The position numbers were made by a program, and so were the translations under genes. Under the pieces are notes generated by a model, which was not told the origin of the DNA, ran no database searches, and saw only the letters and a program-made list of their open reading frames with translations. Shown in pieces: positions 60,439-64,000 of a stretch of 64,000 bases of DNA (position 1 is the first letter of the stretch; each line of letters starts with the position of its first letter). Origin of the DNA: Alphaproteobacteria bacterium (GTDB taxonomy: Bacteria; Pseudomonadota; Alphaproteobacteria; SP197); NCBI GenBank assembly GCA_965228895.1, contig OZ245842.1, forward strand, positions 3,808,001 through 3,872,000, written 5' to 3'.

Positions 60439-60568
60439 GTCGCCACTATCTGAGACAAGAAAATCTATTGCAAGACGCAAAAACATCTCGCTTGCGGAAA
60501 ATCGTTGAGATCACCAAATTCTTAGTCAGCAGATGATACCGCCGAACTCGGCGTTAAGGAGAAAGACA

Positions 60569-60745
60569 ATGACAAACCGCTTTGACCAAGGTTTCTTTTC
60601 CCACACCGCAACGGCGCGCCCCTATTGGGGCGGCGATGTGAGCGTCAGCAACCTGCATGCCGCGCCGCGGCTGCATGCCGGTCAGTCTGGCGGTGGCTTT
60701 CACAGCACCATCGCCAAGCTGATCTCGGTTTTCACCAAACATTGA
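60569..60745 (+). CDS. Small hypothetical protein (58 aa) divergent from the GcvA-like regulator
   Basis: AAGGAG RBS before ATG 60569; TTGCGG-N17-CAAATT at 60492-60520. Fills an otherwise empty intergenic gap. Confidence 0.6.
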   Translation: MTNRFDQGFFSHTATARPYWGGDVSVSNLHAAPRLHAGQSGGGFHSTIAKLISVFTKH

Positions 60746-60794
60746 GCAACCCGGCCCACGAAACCCGGCAGGACAGCGGCGCCACCAGTTCCGG

Positions 60795-62345
60795 CTAATC
60801 GTCGGCCGTGGCGCCGCCTTCTTCTTTACGCCGCGCGATGAAGCCGCTCAGTTCCTCGCGAATGGCCGGATCCATCGCCGGCTCTTCGTATTCTTCAAGC
60901 AACTGTTTCCAGATGCGGTGCGCCCGGTGGGTGGCGTCGACCGCGCCGTCCTGGTGCCAGGTCTCCCAGTTGCGCCAGTCCGACAGGATCGGCTGGTAGA
61001 ACGCGTTCTCGTAGCGCTCGAGCGTGTGTTGGGCGCCGAAATAGTGGCCGCCGGGCCCGACCTCACGCATGGCGTCGAGGCCCAGTTCGTCCTTCGAGAA
61101 ATCCACCGGCTCCAGTGCCTTCATCATGGTCTGCACCATCTCCAGATCGATGATGATCTTCTCAAACGATGCGCGCAGACCACCCTCCAGCCAGCCAAAG
61201 CTGTGCAGCAGCATGTTGGTGTGCGACAGCACCGTCGCCCATAACGACATCGCGCCTTCATAGGTCGCCTGGGCGTCCGGCCAGTTCGACGCGTTCACGT
61301 TGGACGACCGGTAAGGCAGCCGGTAGCGGCGCGCCAACTGGCCGCCGATCAACGCCGCCTTGACGTATTCCGGCGTGCCGAAGGCGGGCGCGCCTGAGCG
61401 CATGTCGACATTGCTGGTGAACCCGCCATAAATCACGGGCGTGCCGGGATTGACGATTTGCAGAAAGGTGACGCCGGCCAGCGCCTCGGCATTCTGCTGG
61501 GTCAAGGCGCCGGCGATCGATACCGGCGCCATCGCACCGGCCAGGGTAAACGGCGTGACGACCACCGGCTGGTTGCGCTGCGCCATCTCGATCATGCCGA
61601 TCAGCATGGGAATATCGAGCTGCAGCGGCGAGTTGGCGTTCACCACCGTCCACATGCTGGGTTCGGCCAGCATCGTCGCTTCGTCGATGCCGCGCGCGAT
61701 CCTGACCATCTCCAAGGCGTCCAGGATCTTGCGTCGGCCGAGCGCATAACCGAAGGCGATCTTGTCGGTGATCAGGAGCTGTTCACCGACGATGTCGAGG
61801 TAGCGGATGTTAGGCTCGACATCGATCGGCTCCAGCATCGGCGTGCAACCGTGGATCGCGTTGATGACCTGTGCCAGCTTCAGCAGATCGCGGTAGTCGG
61901 CCAGATTGCCGCTGCGCCTCCCGCCCTCGATGTCGGAGATGTTGGGGTTACCGGCGACCGGCAGGAAGTTGATGTGGTTGCTGCCGAAGACCCGGTTCCG
62001 TTCGGGGTTGCGCGCGTGCAGCACGAAGCTGGCGGGCGCCTTGGCGACCATCTCCTCGACCAACGCGCGATCGAACCGTACTCGCGTGCCGTCGGCATCC
62101 ACATCGGCGCCAGCCGCCTTCAAGATCTCCCGGGCTTCGTCCAGCAGGAAGTTGATGCCGATCTCCTGCAAGACCTCAAGCGAGGCATCGTGGACCGCTT
62201 CGATCTCGTCGGCGCTGGCCAGCTCGAACGGCGGATAGGGATTGCGGACGGTCTGCCAGGCAAGCTGGGGCAGGCGCGCCGGTTTACCGCCGCCGCCCCT
62301 CTTGCGCCGGCCAGCCGACGATGCCGTCTTGTCGCGTCGCGCCAT
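60795..62345 (-). CDS. MttB-family (non-pyrrolysine, MtgB-like) methyltransferase
   Basis: 'NANSPL', 'TPFTLAGAMAPV', 'GGFTSNVDMRSGAPAFGTPE', 'GWLEGGL', 'VGPGGHY'. No in-frame amber codon. Confidence 0.93.
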   Translation of the reverse strand: MARRDKTASSAGRRKRGGGGKPARLPQLAWQTVRNPYPPFELASADEIEAVHDASLEVLQEIGINFLLDEAREILKAAGADVDADGTRVRFDRALVEEMVAKAPASFVLHARNPERNRVFGSNHINFLPVAGNPNISDIEGGRRSGNLADYRDLLKLAQVINAIHGCTPMLEPIDVEPNIRYLDIVGEQLLITDKIAFGYALGRRKILDALEMVRIARGIDEATMLAEPSMWTVVNANSPLQLDIPMLIGMIEMAQRNQPVVVTPFTLAGAMAPVSIAGALTQQNAEALAGVTFLQIVNPGTPVIYGGFTSNVDMRSGAPAFGTPEYVKAALIGGQLARRYRLPYRSSNVNASNWPDAQATYEGAMSLWATVLSHTNMLLHSFGWLEGGLRASFEKIIIDLEMVQTMMKALEPVDFSKDELGLDAMREVGPGGHYFGAQHTLERYENAFYQPILSDWRNWETWHQDGAVDATHRAHRIWKQLLEEYEEPAMDPAIREELSGFIARRKEEGGATADD

Positions 62346-62437
62346 GGAAACCTCGCTCGTCCCCTAAGGACCGCATCCTAGGCGGCGTTGGCGGCAGTCC
62401 GGAAATCGAACCTTCGCCGGAATCTCATGCACGGTTT

Positions 62438-63370
62438 TTATGGACTCATGGCGAGAAAGCGCATGGCGTCGCCGTCGCACCACGCCGCCAGGCGTGCCGC
62501 GACAAAAGCAGCCGGGGTCTCCGCCACACCCTGGCGCCGGTGACAGACCGACCACGGGATGGTCAGGCCGCGCTCGGTCAGCGGACGCGCAACCAGCCCC
62601 CACCTTTCGAGATCCGGCGCCACCGCCCACGCACTCACCACGGTCACGCCTCTGCCGGCCGCAACCAGCGACAGCATCGCATCCAACGGTCCGGCGCGCA
62701 GGTAGGAGACCGGCAGCACCCGAGCCGGCCGGAACAGCAGATCGTGCTCCATACCGGGCTCGAAGACCGTCGAATAGGTGATGTAGATCTGGTCGGCCAG
62801 ATCGGCGGCGGTCACAAACGGTTTCTGCGCAAGCCCATGGCCGCTGGCCATGACGGCAACCAGTTGATCCTCGAACAAGCGCATGACCTCGACACCGCGG
62901 CGGCGCGGATTTCCGGGCGCCAGCGCCAGGTCGATGGCGCCGTCCTCGAGCGCGGAGAGCGGTACCGACAGCGTATCCGTGTGAAACTCGACCTCGATCT
63001 CCGGCGCGACCTCGGCAATCTCGTCGAGAAAGGCCGGGACCCAGCGGAAACCGCAATAGGCGCGCGCGCCAAGCCGCACCAGCGCTTTGACCCCGCCACG
63101 ATAGCGCTCGAGATCGGCCTCCGCGCGCTCCAGCTCGCCCATGATCAACCGGGCCGACTGCAGGAGCTCCTGCCCCTGCCACGTCAGCACCAGACGCCGG
63201 TTGACGCGGCGGAACAACGGCACGCCGGCACGCCGTTCGGCCTCGCGCACCTGATGGCTCAGCGCCGGCTGTGTCAGGCCCAGCGCACGGGCGGCGCTGG
63301 TCACCGTCTTATGCCGGTCAAGGGCGACCAGCATGCGCAGATGGCGAATATCCAGATGCGGCATGGTCAT
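62438..63370 (-). CDS. LysR-family regulator (MetR-like)
   Basis: 'LDIRHLRML...TVTSAARALGLTQPALSHQVREAE', 'CGFRW.P'. Confidence 0.9.
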   Translation of the reverse strand: MTMPHLDIRHLRMLVALDRHKTVTSAARALGLTQPALSHQVREAERRAGVPLFRRVNRRLVLTWQGQELLQSARLIMGELERAEADLERYRGGVKALVRLGARAYCGFRWVPAFLDEIAEVAPEIEVEFHTDTLSVPLSALEDGAIDLALAPGNPRRRGVEVMRLFEDQLVAVMASGHGLAQKPFVTAADLADQIYITYSTVFEPGMEHDLLFRPARVLPVSYLRAGPLDAMLSLVAAGRGVTVVSAWAVAPDLERWGLVARPLTERGLTIPWSVCHRRQGVAETPAAFVAARLAAWCDGDAMRFLAMSP

Positions 63371-63432
63371 AAGAAACAATCATGACCAAGCCCTGTTACC
63401 ACGGCAAGGGCGACGGGCTCAGTTGGCCGGGC

Positions 63433-63468
63433 AAAAAAGAGAGGCCGGCGGTGACCCGCCGGCCTCTC
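63433..63468 (-). terminator. Rho-independent terminator after the solute-binding-protein gene
   Basis: Perfect 13-bp stem GAGAGGCCGGCGG-gtca-CCGCCGGCCTCTC followed by T6 on the minus strand. Confidence 0.9.
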
Positions 63469-63492
63469 GGCCACATTCGTGTGGTCGTTCGA

Positions 63493-64000
63493 TCAGGCTT
63501 GGCTTTCGTCGAGCCAGATTTCTTCGTAAGGCCAGCCGGCGCCCAAAGCGAACGCGGAACTGCCGTGGAAGTTCTGGACCCGGGCGTTGATGCCCTCGAC
63601 GTAGTTGGAGAAGAACGGGATGAACGCGCCGCCATCGTCATGCAGCAGCGTGCACGCCTCGCAATAGATGGCCAGGCGCTTCTCCGGATCGGTCTCGATC
63701 CGGCCCATGACCAGCAATTCGTCGAAGCGCTCGTTGCACCACGCCGTCTCGTTCCAGGAACCGCCGCAGGCATGCGCGATGGTCAGGATCAGGTCGGCGG
63801 TCGGACGCGAGTTCCAGCCCGACACGTTGAACGGCGTCTGCATCCAGGTGTGGCTCCAGTAACCGTCATCGGGCACCCGGTTCAGCGTGATGTCGATGCC
63901 GGCCTGGGAGGCCTGCTCCTGCAGAATCACCGAACTGTCGACCGCGTTGGCGTGACCGGCATTGGAAACCGCAAGCTCGATCGACGACAGGCCGGTCTTG
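63493..64000 (-). CDS. ABC transporter substrate-binding protein, family 5 (3' part only)
   Basis: Frame is open to the window edge; 'VPDDGYWSHTW', 'WNETAWCNERFDELL', 'LHDDGGAFIP'. Confidence 0.85.
   Translation of the reverse strand, partial: KTGLSSIELAVSNAGHANAVDSSVILQEQASQAGIDITLNRVPDDGYWSHTWMQTPFNVSGWNSRPTADLILTIAHACGGSWNETAWCNERFDELLVMGRIETDPEKRLAIYCEACTLLHDDGGAFIPFFSNYVEGINARVQNFHGSSAFALGAGWPYEEIWLDESQA

Noticed and set aside
60795-62345. Possible pyrrolysine recoding in the MttB homologue
   Set aside because: The ORF is continuous with no in-frame TAG, and there are no pyl genes.

Overview
High-GC chromosomal window, most likely from an alphaproteobacterium. The evidence is the gene content (pepF-ABC1 kinase, TacA-like activator, bactofilins, type-B L36, glcDEF, soeABC, betC/betA, non-Pyl MttB) and RIME/CIR-like intergenic repeats. 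About 58 genes are recognisable, mostly housekeeping and catabolism of methylated amines, organosulfur compounds and glycolate. I saw no rRNA, tRNA, CRISPR, integrase or transposase. Five things stand out. (1) A 61-codon basic ORF (38244-38429) carries an ArfA-like 'RQRVVKN..Y.RK' core, a strong RBS and an intrinsic-terminator-like hairpin inside the coding region. This is the non-stop-mRNA design of ArfA/BrfA ribosome-rescue factors, for which I know of no characterised alphaproteobacterial example. (2) A lower-GC single-gene island (23794-27762) encodes a REase-TPR-GreA/B-C-PIN fusion, a probable anti-phage protein, bracketed by a 9-bp inverted repeat. (3) A two-hairpin, GANTC-containing repeat family occurs in at least four copies, some of which supply stop codons to neighbouring genes. 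(4) A decayed cobalamin-riboswitch core sits upstream of a lysozyme-inhibitor gene. (5) An unannotated small ORF lies divergent from a GcvA-type LysR gene. All family calls come from motif recognition by eye; no database search was run. Several start codons were moved from the supplied ORF track on RBS or family-length grounds.
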